From Methanobrevibacter cuticularis (GTDB lineage Archaea; Methanobacteriota; Methanobacteria; Methanobacteriales; Methanobacteriaceae): 24,000 nucleotides of DNA. The position numbers were made by a program, and so were the translations under genes. The notes below the pieces were generated by a model, which did no database searches, was not told where the DNA came from, and saw nothing but the letters and a program-made list of their open reading frames with translations. The stretch spans positions 58,203 to 82,202 of the forward strand of contig NZ_LWMW01000117.1 of assembly GCF_001639285.1 (NCBI RefSeq), read 5' to 3'. Shown here piece by piece: positions 1 through 8,486 of the stretch (its first letter is position 1; the number at the start of each line of letters is the position of its first letter).

Positions 1-290
1 AGTTATTTAGAAGGTTATTTGATTATTAGTTAATATAGAACTAATTATAAAGAAAATGCAACTGATAGGATACTTCAAAATTAGTAAAAAGTGAACTATA
101 TACAGTGCATGAGTGGAAGCTAAATATAATTAAAAGAAATATTAATTATATAGTGATATAAAAATTTAACTACACATTAATCTTTTTTTATTATTTATTA
201 GTAAGTAGATAGTGTTATAAAAATATAAATTTAAATACATATTCGTTTCTTTTATTATTTATGGCTATTATTCATTATTAATCTGTATTA

Positions 291-387
291 TGTATTGTTT
301 TAATTATAAGGCGTTATTAGGTATATAATGTATTGTTTTAATTATAAGGCGTTATTAGGTATATAATGTATTGTTTTAATTATAAGG
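291..387. repeat. 38-bp tandem repeat, 2 perfect copies plus a 21-bp partial third copy, abutting the rnhB start
   Basis: The unit tgtattgttttaattataaggcgttattaggtatataa occupies 291-328 and 329-366 (identical). Positions 367-387 repeat its first 21 nt and then run into AAGGTGtataaATG. Confidence 0.95.
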
Positions 388-394
388 TGTATAA

Positions 395-1015
395 ATGAAG
401 ATTTTGGGAATAGATGAAGCAGGAAGAGGTCCAGTTCTTGGACCACTTATAATAGCAGGAATTGTAGTTCCAGAAGAAAAAACTTCAATTTTAGAGAGAA
501 TGGGTATAAAAGATTCTAAGAAATTGACACCAACACGCCGAAAGGTTTTATCACATAAGCTACAGAGAACCTTTGAATATGAAATCGTGGAAATTAGAGC
601 TAAAGATATAGACAATTTGAGAGCTAAAGGGATAAATCTAAATGAAATAGAAAAAATAGCTATGATAAAGATTATTGATAAGTTAGATGCAGACTATATA
701 ATCGTTGATTCTGTAGATGTTAAACCGAAAAGATTTGAAGAAGAAATAAAAAAAATAACTGGTGATATCAAAATAAAAGCAGAGCATAAAGCTGATGATA
801 ATTATTTACAAGTTGCTGCTGCATCCATAATAGCTAAATATAAAAGAGATGAAATTGTAGAAAAAATAAAGAGAGAATATCGTAAAATCGGTGATGTTGG
901 CTCTGGATATCCAAGTGATCCTAAAACTAAAAAATTTTTAGAGAATTTTACATATGATGAAATGCCGGATATCATTAGAAAATCATGGAAGACAGTTGAG
1001 AAATTAAAAAAATAA
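395..1015 (+). CDS. rnhB: Ribonuclease HII
   Basis: 206-aa ORF. The N-terminus MKILGIDEAGRGPVLGPL carries the RNase HII DEAGRG catalytic motif, with DSKKL and AAASIIAKYKRD further on. An AAGGTG Shine-Dalgarno at 384-389 lies 5 nt before the ATG. Confidence 0.93.
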   Translation: MKILGIDEAGRGPVLGPLIIAGIVVPEEKTSILERMGIKDSKKLTPTRRKVLSHKLQRTFEYEIVEIRAKDIDNLRAKGINLNEIEKIAMIKIIDKLDADYIIVDSVDVKPKRFEEEIKKITGDIKIKAEHKADDNYLQVAAASIIAKYKRDEIVEKIKREYRKIGDVGSGYPSDPKTKKFLENFTYDEMPDIIRKSWKTVEKLKK

Positions 1016-1110
1016 TTCTAATTACTTGTCCTAATTGAAAACAAATATCATTCATAATATACGTCACTAAATATCAAAAAATATTAAATATTTTTAAAAT
1101 TAATTACTTT

Positions 1111-1255
1111 AAATAATCTTTAAATAATAAATACAGCATTAAATTTTAAATAATCTTTAAATAATAAATACAGCATTAAATTTTAAATAATCTTTAAATA
1201 ATAAATACAGCATTAAATTTTAAATAATCTTTAAATAATAAATACGGCATTAAAT
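1111..1255. repeat. 37-bp tandem repeat, about 3.9 copies
   Basis: The unit aaataatctttaaataataaatacagcattaaatttt starts at 1111, 1148, 1185 and 1222. The last copy has one A-to-G change and is truncated. Confidence 0.95.
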
Positions 1256-1685
1256 ACAAGATTAACTAAAATCTTGAATATTATATGTTATTTTAATAGA
1301 ATATTATAATTTTAATAGTATCATAATTAAATTTTAAAATATATAAAATCAAATATTATTCAAAATACAAATCATTAAATATCAAAACATAACAACTAGT
1401 TTTTAAATATATTTCAAATAATTATTGAATATGATTATTAGATTATTAAAATATTTTACAAAATATTTTGCAATGATTACAATGATTTGAATATGATTAA
1501 TAATATAAATCATAAAATCAATAATGTAAATTTAAATTAATAATATCACTATTAACAATTACAAATGTGATAGGATAGAAGTTAAATAAAATTAATTGAA
1601 TTTAATTCAAAATTTAACAAAATTAATAATTAAAAATATCTATAATAAAAATAATAGTATGTAATCATAAAAATAAGAGGATATA

Positions 1686-2525
1686 ATGATAATTGAGTTT
1701 TTTACAAGCGGATTTACCACTATAATGGAAATGTTTCAAAGTGGAGGGATTATAACATATATAATTACTTTAATTGGTATTTATGGATTAATAACATCTA
1801 TACAAAAAATAAATTACCTTAGAAAAATAACTAAAATAGATACTACAGAAATCATGGGAACTGTAACAGTAGCTATGGATAGAGGAGGAGCTATTGAAGC
1901 ATTGAAAGCTATAAGTCAGTATAAAAATCCTGTTTCTAAGATCATATCTGAGGCATTGAAAATTGGTTACAAAAATAAAACAGAAGTAGAAGAAGGAATG
2001 GAACAGGTTTTTATTGTCGAATTAAGTAAAATGACTAATGGGTTAAATATACTTAAAACTACAATAGAGTTATCTCCATTTTTAGGGCTTATTGGAACTG
2101 TAATTGGAATTTGGACTACTTTTAAATCTTTAGGAGTTAATCCTGATACTGCAGCTATGGCTGAAGGGATTTATATTGCACTTATTACAACAATAGCTGG
2201 ATTAGCTGTAGCTATTGTATTATTGCCATTGTATACATATATAAAAGGACTGATAGATAAAGAAATGGACAAAATTGAATTAGCAAATAAGATGACAAAT
2301 TGGAGTTATGCAGTTACTAAGATTAAAGTTGAAGATAATATTCCTTGTGCTTTAGAAGCATTAATAGAAGCAGAAGGAATTGTCAATACTCGGGAAATAT
2401 CTGAAAAGGATGCTAATATACAGATTTCTTTTAAACCAAGTATGCTAGAAAAAAGTATCACTAATATAATCTTAGAAAAGTGTGATGTTAAATCTGAAAT
2501 AGTCGAAAGTAAATTAAAACAATAG
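1686..2525 (+). CDS. MotA/TolQ/ExbB-family proton channel protein with an extra ~75-aa C-terminal soluble domain
   Basis: 279-aa ORF with an AAGAGGA SD just upstream. There is an N-terminal TM helix plus a TM2/TM3 pair (LSPFLGLIGTVIGIWTTF ... AEGIYIALITTIAGLAVAIVLLPLY) typical of the MotA_ExbB family. It is followed 78 nt later by an ExbD-like gene. Confidence 0.8.
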   Translation: MIIEFFTSGFTTIMEMFQSGGIITYIITLIGIYGLITSIQKINYLRKITKIDTTEIMGTVTVAMDRGGAIEALKAISQYKNPVSKIISEALKIGYKNKTEVEEGMEQVFIVELSKMTNGLNILKTTIELSPFLGLIGTVIGIWTTFKSLGVNPDTAAMAEGIYIALITTIAGLAVAIVLLPLYTYIKGLIDKEMDKIELANKMTNWSYAVTKIKVEDNIPCALEALIEAEGIVNTREISEKDANIQISFKPSMLEKSITNIILEKCDVKSEIVESKLKQ

Positions 2526-2603
2526 TCTATTATCTCAAATATAATAAAGTAAATTAAAATAATAATCCATATCTCATATAATGAATATAAAGTTAGGGAT
2601 AAA

Positions 2604-3002
2604 ATGAAGCTAGATATTAAAAGACATAGAGAAAAAATAAGAGGAGAGAAACCAGAATTCAATTTGGTTCCGTTTATTGATATTCTTTTTACGATACTCA
2701 TCTTTTTGGTAGTGACAAGTTCTTTCAATACTGCTACAATTGATGGTTCAACTAGTGGAAAGCCAGATGTAGGGACTGGAGATAATGAATATTACTTGTT
2801 TCCTGTAGCTAATCTAGAAAAAGTAATTGTGAATGGGCAAGACATGTCTTATTTAATAAAAGATAGCTCAATAGCAATACACAGCAGAGCTATTGATGAA
2901 GGAGAAATCTCCATAAAACCAAGGGATAGGAGTATAATAATTACTACTCCTTCAAGTTTATCAGCTGAAGAAGCAGTACGTAGTCCTGATAATCGATCAT
3001 GA
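2604..3002 (+). CDS. ExbD/TolR-family biopolymer transport protein
   Basis: 132-aa ORF. A basic N-terminus is followed by a single TM helix, EFNLVPFIDILFTILIFLVV (ExbD/TolR signature N/T-x-x-P-x-I-D), and then a ~90-aa soluble domain. It sits next to the ExbB-like gene. Confidence 0.75.
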   Translation: MKLDIKRHREKIRGEKPEFNLVPFIDILFTILIFLVVTSSFNTATIDGSTSGKPDVGTGDNEYYLFPVANLEKVIVNGQDMSYLIKDSSIAIHSRAIDEGEISIKPRDRSIIITTPSSLSAEEAVRSPDNRS

Positions 3003-3093
3003 AGAAAAATAAGTAAGTAGACTTATATTGCATCAAGATTACAATCATAATAGACATTAATAAAATTATCAAGATATATTATATATGAAATAG

Positions 3094-3157
3094 TATCAAA
3101 AATTGTTTGTTTAATATGATATTTGATGAATGGTATTAAAAATTGTTTGTTTAATAT
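3094..3157. repeat. 24-bp direct repeat pair (period 40 bp) upstream of purO
   Basis: tat(c/t)aaaaattgtttgtttaatat occurs at 3094-3117 and 3134-3157 with one mismatch. Confidence 0.9.
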
Positions 3158-3246
3158 TATATAAAAATAATATAATTGATAAAAATAAATAGTTATGTAA
3201 CCATTGATAAAGAAGGGAAACATAAAATATCAGGAGAGGGTTTAAG

Positions 3247-3873
3247 ATGTATTTAGGTAGAATAGTATCTGTTGGAATGAATAAAGAGAAGAAACCTTTC
3301 ATAGCTTATAGGGTATCTAGTAGATCATTTCCAAATAGAATGGCCAAGAGTTTTGAGGACAAGGCAGCTATAATTCCAAAAGAAGGATATGAAAAAGATA
3401 TATTTGAAAATGCATACATAGCTTATAATTGTGTTAAAGTTGTAAATGATGTAGCTATTGTTTCAAATGGATCACACACAGATGTCATAGCTGATAAAAT
3501 AGCTATTGGAATGAATATCAAAGATGCGTTATCGTTATCTCTTTTAGCTATGGATTATGAAAAAGATGATTATAACACTCCACGAATAGCTGGAGTTATT
3601 ACTTCCAATACAGATGAATCCAATTATGAATGCTATATTGGAATAATTACAGATTCTAAATTGCTTGTAGAAAAAGTAAAATATGGGGCTGCTACATTTA
3701 TATCTACATATGAATGTCAAAGCCCAGAAAAAGTTAGTTTTACAGCTACTAATTCTAAAGAAGCTGCTAAATTAATTCTTGATGAAGGTGAATTTAAAAA
3801 ATTTACAAACCCTGTGGCATCTGTAGGATCTATATTTAATGGGCAATGGACTATAGAATCCATAAATTTATAG
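3247..3873 (+). CDS. purO: IMP cyclohydrolase, archaeal type
   Basis: 208-aa ORF. The N-terminus [31 protein letters not shown] matches the remembered PurO N-terminal signature (MY-x-GR...[12 protein letters not shown]). An AGGAGAGGG SD lies upstream. Confidence 0.9.
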   Translation: MYLGRIVSVGMNKEKKPFIAYRVSSRSFPNRMAKSFEDKAAIIPKEGYEKDIFENAYIAYNCVKVVNDVAIVSNGSHTDVIADKIAIGMNIKDALSLSLLAMDYEKDDYNTPRIAGVITSNTDESNYECYIGIITDSKLLVEKVKYGAATFISTYECQSPEKVSFTATNSKEAAKLILDEGEFKKFTNPVASVGSIFNGQWTIESINL

Positions 3874-3990
3874 TTTAAACTAGATAATCAAATAGAAAAG
3901 TACTTATCTTTTTCTGTATCTTTTCTGTAGTTCTGTATATTATGCGTTTATTATTTTAATTTTTGTTCTTAAAACATGTTAAGTGATATT

Positions 3991-4755
3991 ATGAAGTTAG
4001 AATTGTTTGGTTTAAGTGAAATTCCTTTAGTTATTGAAGGAGATAAAATATCTAGTCTTATAATATCTGCTTTGAAAAAACAAGCTATTAATCTTGAAGA
4101 TGGAGACATCATTTTAATAGCTGAAACTTTAATATCTAAATCAGAAGGAAATATAATAGAATTAGATAAAATAACTCCTAGTAAAAGGGCTGATGAGATA
4201 GCCACACTTACAAAAAAAGATTCTAGATTAGTTGAAGCAATAATCAATGAATCCAATGAAATCATTGAAATTGGTCCTGATTTTATTATAAGTGAAACTA
4301 AGCATGGATTTGTGTGTGCCAATGCAGGAATAGATGAATCAAATGTTGATAAAGGTTTAGCTACGCCAATGCCTAAAAATCCTGATAATTCGGCTATGAA
4401 AATATCTTCAGAGCTAGAAAAAGAACTTGATGTTGAAATAGCTGTTATAATAACGGATACACAAGGAAGAGCATTTAGAAATGGGGCAGTGGGAGTAGCT
4501 ATTGGATGTTATGGAATTTCTCCCCTTTGGGAAAGATCTGGAGAAAAAGATTTGTATGGTCGTGAACTCCAAACAACTGAAATAGCTATTGCTGATGAAT
4601 TGGCGGCAGCTGCTTCTCTTTTAATGGGTCAAGCTAATGAAGGGATTCCTGTAGTAGTTATAAAAGATTTTTCAAGTTTTAGAATATTAAAAAATAAAGA
4701 ATCCACTATAAAATCTCTACTTAGACCTAAAGAATTGGATGTTTTCAGAAAATAA
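3991..4755 (+). CDS. cofE: Coenzyme F420-0:L-glutamate ligase (F420 gamma-glutamyl ligase)
   Basis: The ORF is open from ATG 3976, but homologues start like [14 protein letters not shown] (ATG 3991). Internal motifs ANAGID.SN and [19 protein letters not shown] are typical of CofE. The alternative start at 3976 cannot be excluded. Confidence 0.9.
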   Translation: MKLELFGLSEIPLVIEGDKISSLIISALKKQAINLEDGDIILIAETLISKSEGNIIELDKITPSKRADEIATLTKKDSRLVEAIINESNEIIEIGPDFIISETKHGFVCANAGIDESNVDKGLATPMPKNPDNSAMKISSELEKELDVEIAVIITDTQGRAFRNGAVGVAIGCYGISPLWERSGEKDLYGRELQTTEIAIADELAAAASLLMGQANEGIPVVVIKDFSSFRILKNKESTIKSLLRPKELDVFRK

Positions 4756-4788
4756 TTATCATAGAGAGAAAATGTAATTATATTCATA

Positions 4789-4832
4789 AATATTTTTAAA
4801 TATCAATATTTTTAAATATTAATATTTTTAAA
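4789..4832. repeat. 16-bp tandem repeat x2.8 with T5 tracts just downstream of cofE (possible oligo-T terminator region)
   Basis: aatatttttaaatat occurs at 4789-4803 and 4805-4819, with a partial copy at 4821-4832. The cofE stop is at 4753-4755. Confidence 0.85.
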
Positions 4833-5054
4833 GAGTAAAATTATCTAAATTATATATAAAATTATATATGCTTAAAAATTATAATCTTAAAACTGTAATT
4901 TCACGATCTTTAAAATAAGATTGATTATAAAATAAAATGGAAATATTTTTAATATCTTAATAATGATCTTTAGTGTTATTTTGGATGTGATTTTTAATAA
5001 TAATCTTTAATATTATTATAAACAAATTTTTACTATTAATTTTGATAAATAATA

Positions 5055-5086
5055 TATTTTAGAACAAGATTATTTTAGAACAAGAT
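5055..5086. repeat. 16-bp perfect tandem duplication upstream of cofD
   Basis: tattttagaacaagat occurs at 5055-5070 and 5071-5086. Confidence 0.95.
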
Positions 5087-5144
5087 AAAAATATCTAACA
5101 ACAATTACTAAATTAATAAAAAGAAAAAATTTAATAAAAAGGTT

Positions 5145-6056
5145 TTGAACTTGATCACTGTATTGTCTGGAGGTACTGGAACTCCTAAATTAATTCAAGG
5201 AATTAAAAGAGTTTATGATACTTCAAAATTGAATATTATTGTTAATACTGTTGAAAATGATTATTTTTCAGGAGTTTATGTTGCTGCAGACATTGACACT
5301 GTTTTATATACTCTTTCAGATTTAATAAATGTTGAAACTTGGTATGGAATCAAGGATGATACATTTATAACTCATGAACAACTCGCAAAGCTTGGTCATG
5401 ATGAACTTCTTAGAATAGGAGATAAAGATAGGGGCATTAAAATTCAAAAAACTTTGCTTATGGAAAAATACACTTTAACTAGAGCAGTGGATATTCAAAG
5501 AAGAAAGTTAGGAATAAAATCTAAAGTTCTTCCAATGAGTGATGAACATTCTCAAATAAATATTATTACAGATTTAGGAAAACTAACTTTTCATGATTTT
5601 TTAATAAAGCATCAAACTAAACCAAAAGTGTTGGATATTGAATATACGAAGATAAATCCTGCTCCAGATATTGTGGAAACTATTGAAGAATCAGAAACTA
5701 TTATCATCGGCCCATCTAATCCTATTACATCAATATTACCCATAGTAAATTTAGAAGGAGTTGAAAAAGCTTTGAAAAATAGCTATGTTGTAGCTATTTC
5801 GCCCATCATAGGTAATTCACCTGTTAGTGGACCTGCAGGAAAGTTTATGGCAGCATTGGGATATGAAGTTTCATCATATGGAGTGGGTTTAATGTATAAA
5901 AATTTCTTAGATAAATTTGTAATTGATGAAAAAGATAAAGAATTAAAAATAGATATAGAAAACTTAATAAAAGATGTCACTATAACACAAACTAATATGA
6001 AAAATATTCATGACAAAGAACTATTAGCTAAAACAGTTTTAGGTGAAGTTAGGTGA
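5145..6056 (+). CDS. cofD: 2-phospho-L-lactate transferase (LPPG:FO transferase)
   Basis: 303-aa ORF with the CofD N-terminal motif [15 protein letters not shown]. There is no ATG, so the start must be TTG 5145 or, with better spacing from AAAAGG, TTG 5151. The stop TGA 6054-6056 lies inside the SD of the next gene. Confidence 0.9.
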   Translation: MNLITVLSGGTGTPKLIQGIKRVYDTSKLNIIVNTVENDYFSGVYVAADIDTVLYTLSDLINVETWYGIKDDTFITHEQLAKLGHDELLRIGDKDRGIKIQKTLLMEKYTLTRAVDIQRRKLGIKSKVLPMSDEHSQINIITDLGKLTFHDFLIKHQTKPKVLDIEYTKINPAPDIVETIEESETIIIGPSNPITSILPIVNLEGVEKALKNSYVVAISPIIGNSPVSGPAGKFMAALGYEVSSYGVGLMYKNFLDKFVIDEKDKELKIDIENLIKDVTITQTNMKNIHDKELLAKTVLGEVR

Positions 6057-6063
6057 AACTAAT

Positions 6064-6819
6064 ATGATACAAATGACACTAATTCAGATTGACAATTATG
6101 GGCCTTGGACAGTTACTCCAAACCCTCGTAATGAATCAGACCTCCAAATTTTACAAGCAGAATTATTTGCAGATGTGCAAAGACAATTTGCAATGAAAAA
6201 AGGTTTAGTTTTCTTTATGAGGTTTGATAATATGCTTGCCATAAGTAATGGGCTCAATAAAGAAGATCATTTAAGGATTCAAAGGTCTATAAGAAATAGA
6301 TATCCGATAACAATTAGTATGGGGATTGGAACTGCAAAAACTCCTTATGAAGCCCAAAAATTAGCTACCAGAGCTCTTCAGACAAAAGGAGGAGCTCAAT
6401 CTGAAGAAAGAAAAGAAATTTTAGCTATTGATAGTTTAGTTAAACCAGAAGATAGCTTTGTTCAAATAGCACATATAGATATAAATGGAGTCACTGAGTC
6501 TTTAACAGACATTATTCCTGCATTTGACACAAGTTTCCTGGTCAATAGAGCCCAACATTATCTAATGACGAAATTAATAGAAAAAGGAGCTTTATTATTC
6601 TTCATCGGTGGGGACAATTTCATGTCTCCGTGTAATGAATTAAGTCCAAAAAAGCTATTACAATTACTTGAAGAGATTGATGATGAAATAGATATAGCAT
6701 TAAAAGCAGGGGTTGGTAGAAGTGACAATGCTGAAGACGCTGCTTATATGGCAGATTTAGGATTAGAAGAAATTCGTGAAGGAAACACTGATGAATTAAT
6801 TCATGTTTTGGAAAAATAA
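6064..6819 (+). CDS. arfA: GTP cyclohydrolase III (FAPy-forming, riboflavin/F420 precursor pathway)
   Basis: [28 protein letters not shown] matches the N-terminus I remember for the archaeal GTP cyclohydrolase III family. An AGGTGA SD at 6051-6056 lies 7 nt before ATG 6064. The track's GTG 6043 start would overlap cofD and add residues that are not conserved. Confidence 0.88.
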   Translation: MIQMTLIQIDNYGPWTVTPNPRNESDLQILQAELFADVQRQFAMKKGLVFFMRFDNMLAISNGLNKEDHLRIQRSIRNRYPITISMGIGTAKTPYEAQKLATRALQTKGGAQSEERKEILAIDSLVKPEDSFVQIAHIDINGVTESLTDIIPAFDTSFLVNRAQHYLMTKLIEKGALLFFIGGDNFMSPCNELSPKKLLQLLEEIDDEIDIALKAGVGRSDNAEDAAYMADLGLEEIREGNTDELIHVLEK

Positions 6820-7078
6820 CTTATATTTCGTCCGAATTTAATAACAAAGTAATATAGTTAATTAAATAATATGCATAGTTTTTCATTCATTAAAAATCTT
6901 ACATTAATAGAATATGCTAAACTTACATTAATAAACATACTAAACTATATTCTTAAAAATGGGTTGTTATTAAGTCGGAATTACCTAAAACATCAATAAT
7001 TAAATTTCTTTTTCTAAAATTTTTAATTGAAACACTGTTTTTTAATTAATTTATTTAATTATTATTAATCAAATTATT

Positions 7079-7122
7079 CTTCAGATTCATTAGAATAATA
7101 CTTCAGATTCATTAGAATAATA
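7079..7122. repeat. 22-bp perfect tandem duplication upstream of the DUS-like gene
   Basis: cttcagattcattagaataata occurs at 7079-7100 and 7101-7122. Confidence 0.95.
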
Positions 7123-7192
7123 TTTATTAAAACTACTAAAATAGTGTAAATTTAAGAACAAGGAGATTAAGCTTATTAGATTACTTGCACCA

Positions 7193-7903
7193 ATGGCAGG
7201 AATAACTGATGGAAAATTTGCATTACAATTAATTCCATATGGTTTTGACACTGTTACCATCGGAGGATACAATACAGATTCTAAAACAATAGAAGCTGGG
7301 GAAAAAATATTAAAAAGAGGCAGAAATGAATTTAATATACCTGAAGCAGACTTAATCACTACCATTGGAAATGAAGTGGAGATAATTAAGGATAAGTATG
7401 ATGTTGAGGTTTCTGCAAATTTACGTGCTACAACTCCAGATCCAATACTTGAAATTAGTAAGATAAAAAATTTGGATATTATTGAGCTTAATTTTCATTG
7501 TAGACAACATGAGATATTGAAAATTAACTGTGGTCAGTCAATGCTGGAGAATATTGAATTTTTAGAAACTTTCACTAGAGAAATAGTTAAAAAATCTAAA
7601 TCTAAAGTTTCTGTGAAAATTAGAGCTAATGTTGAAGGTACTGATACTTTAAAAATAGCTAAAATAATAGAAAAAGTCAAAGCAGATTATCTTCATATAG
7701 ATGCCATGAAGCCTGGATTTAATCATGCTGATTTAGATATAATAAAAAAAATAGCTAATGAAACAGAAATATTTCTTATTGGAAATAACTCTATAACGAG
7801 CATTGACCGATGTAAGAAAATGCTTCATGCTGGAGCTTCTGGAATATCCATCGGACGAGCAGCTATTAATGGAAAGTTAAATTTTGATTTTGCTAAAATT
7901 TAG
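7193..7903 (+). CDS. Archaeal DUS/NifR3-like flavin TIM-barrel protein (function unknown)
   Basis: 236-aa ORF from the first ATG. PMAGITDG, IELNFHCRQ and GISIGRAA resemble the dihydrouridine-synthase/NifR3 motifs LAPMAG-TD, (I)N-GCP and G-MIGRGA. The in-frame upstream codons encode IRLLAP, so the true start is probably upstream (see findings). Confidence 0.65.
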   Translation: MAGITDGKFALQLIPYGFDTVTIGGYNTDSKTIEAGEKILKRGRNEFNIPEADLITTIGNEVEIIKDKYDVEVSANLRATTPDPILEISKIKNLDIIELNFHCRQHEILKINCGQSMLENIEFLETFTREIVKKSKSKVSVKIRANVEGTDTLKIAKIIEKVKADYLHIDAMKPGFNHADLDIIKKIANETEIFLIGNNSITSIDRCKKMLHAGASGISIGRAAINGKLNFDFAKI

Positions 7904-7990
7904 GCATCTGTAGAATTCTAAAAGTTTCTAAGAACCATGAAAAATTTATTCTGATTTAACTTAAGATAAATATAAATGATATAAACAATT

Positions 7991-8144
7991 TATTATTATA
8001 ATAATAATTAAAACATAAAATTAAAATTATTATTCAATAGTTTAATTATAATAATAACCAAAACATAAAATTAAAGTTATTATTCAATAGTTTAATTATA
8101 ATAATAACCAAAACATAAAATTAAAGTTATTATTCAATAGTTTA
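7991..8144. repeat. 50-bp tandem repeat x3 upstream of atwA
   Basis: Copies at 8041-8090 and 8091-8140 are identical (tttaattataataataaccaaaacataaaattaaagttattattcaatag). The copy at 7991-8040 differs at a few positions. Confidence 0.95.
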
Positions 8145-8205
8145 TTAAGATGAATAGAATTAATTAATAAAAATTATTCTAGAATTAGAATAGTAATAAA
8201 AATTA

Positions 8206-8336
8206 TTATAATAAGAATTACTATTAAGAAGAATCACTATAGTAAGAATAATATAATAAGAATTACTATTAAGAAGAATCACTATAGTAAGAATAATATA
8301 ATAAGAATTACTATTAAGAAGAATCACTATAGTAAG
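8206..8336. repeat. 45-bp tandem repeat x2.9 upstream of atwA
   Basis: The unit atataataagaattactattaagaagaatcactatagtaagaata starts at 8206 (one mismatch), 8251 and 8296 (truncated at 8336). Confidence 0.95.
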
Positions 8337-8486
8337 GGAAATTACTGAATAAGGGTTATAAAATTTATAGCACTATGAAATATTAGTGGGAATATTAAAA
8401 AATTTCATTAAGAATCATTAGAATTTCTGATAGTTGATAATAATTGAGTATCTAATTAAAATAATTTATTTTTTAAAGGTGAGGGT

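Noticed and set aside
2306-2728. 140-aa minus-strand ORF spanning the ExbB/ExbD junction
   Set aside because: It is antisense to two ORFs with clear family motifs, has no SD, and its translation is hydrophobic low-complexity sequence typical of the antisense of AT-rich genes. The same reasoning applies to 376-615, 3969-4322, 5783-5980, 7090-7365, 8456-8767, 9626-9841, 10832-11104, 11350-11571, 12880-13272, 15194-15550, 15575-16078, 20910-21149 and 21216-21419.
3023-3302. Two short minus-strand ORFs (66 and 63 aa) in the exbD-purO spacer
   Set aside because: Their translations are Ile/Phe/Tyr/Asn-rich and span a non-coding direct repeat. One overlaps the purO start and its SD. No start context was found.
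6043-6063. GTG 6043 as the start of the GTP cyclohydrolase III gene (as in the ORF track)
   Set aside because: It would overlap cofD by 14 nt and add MKLGETN, which is not part of the family N-terminus. ATG 6064 has an AGGTGA SD at ideal spacing and yields the conserved MIQ(M/I)T..QIDNYGPW start.
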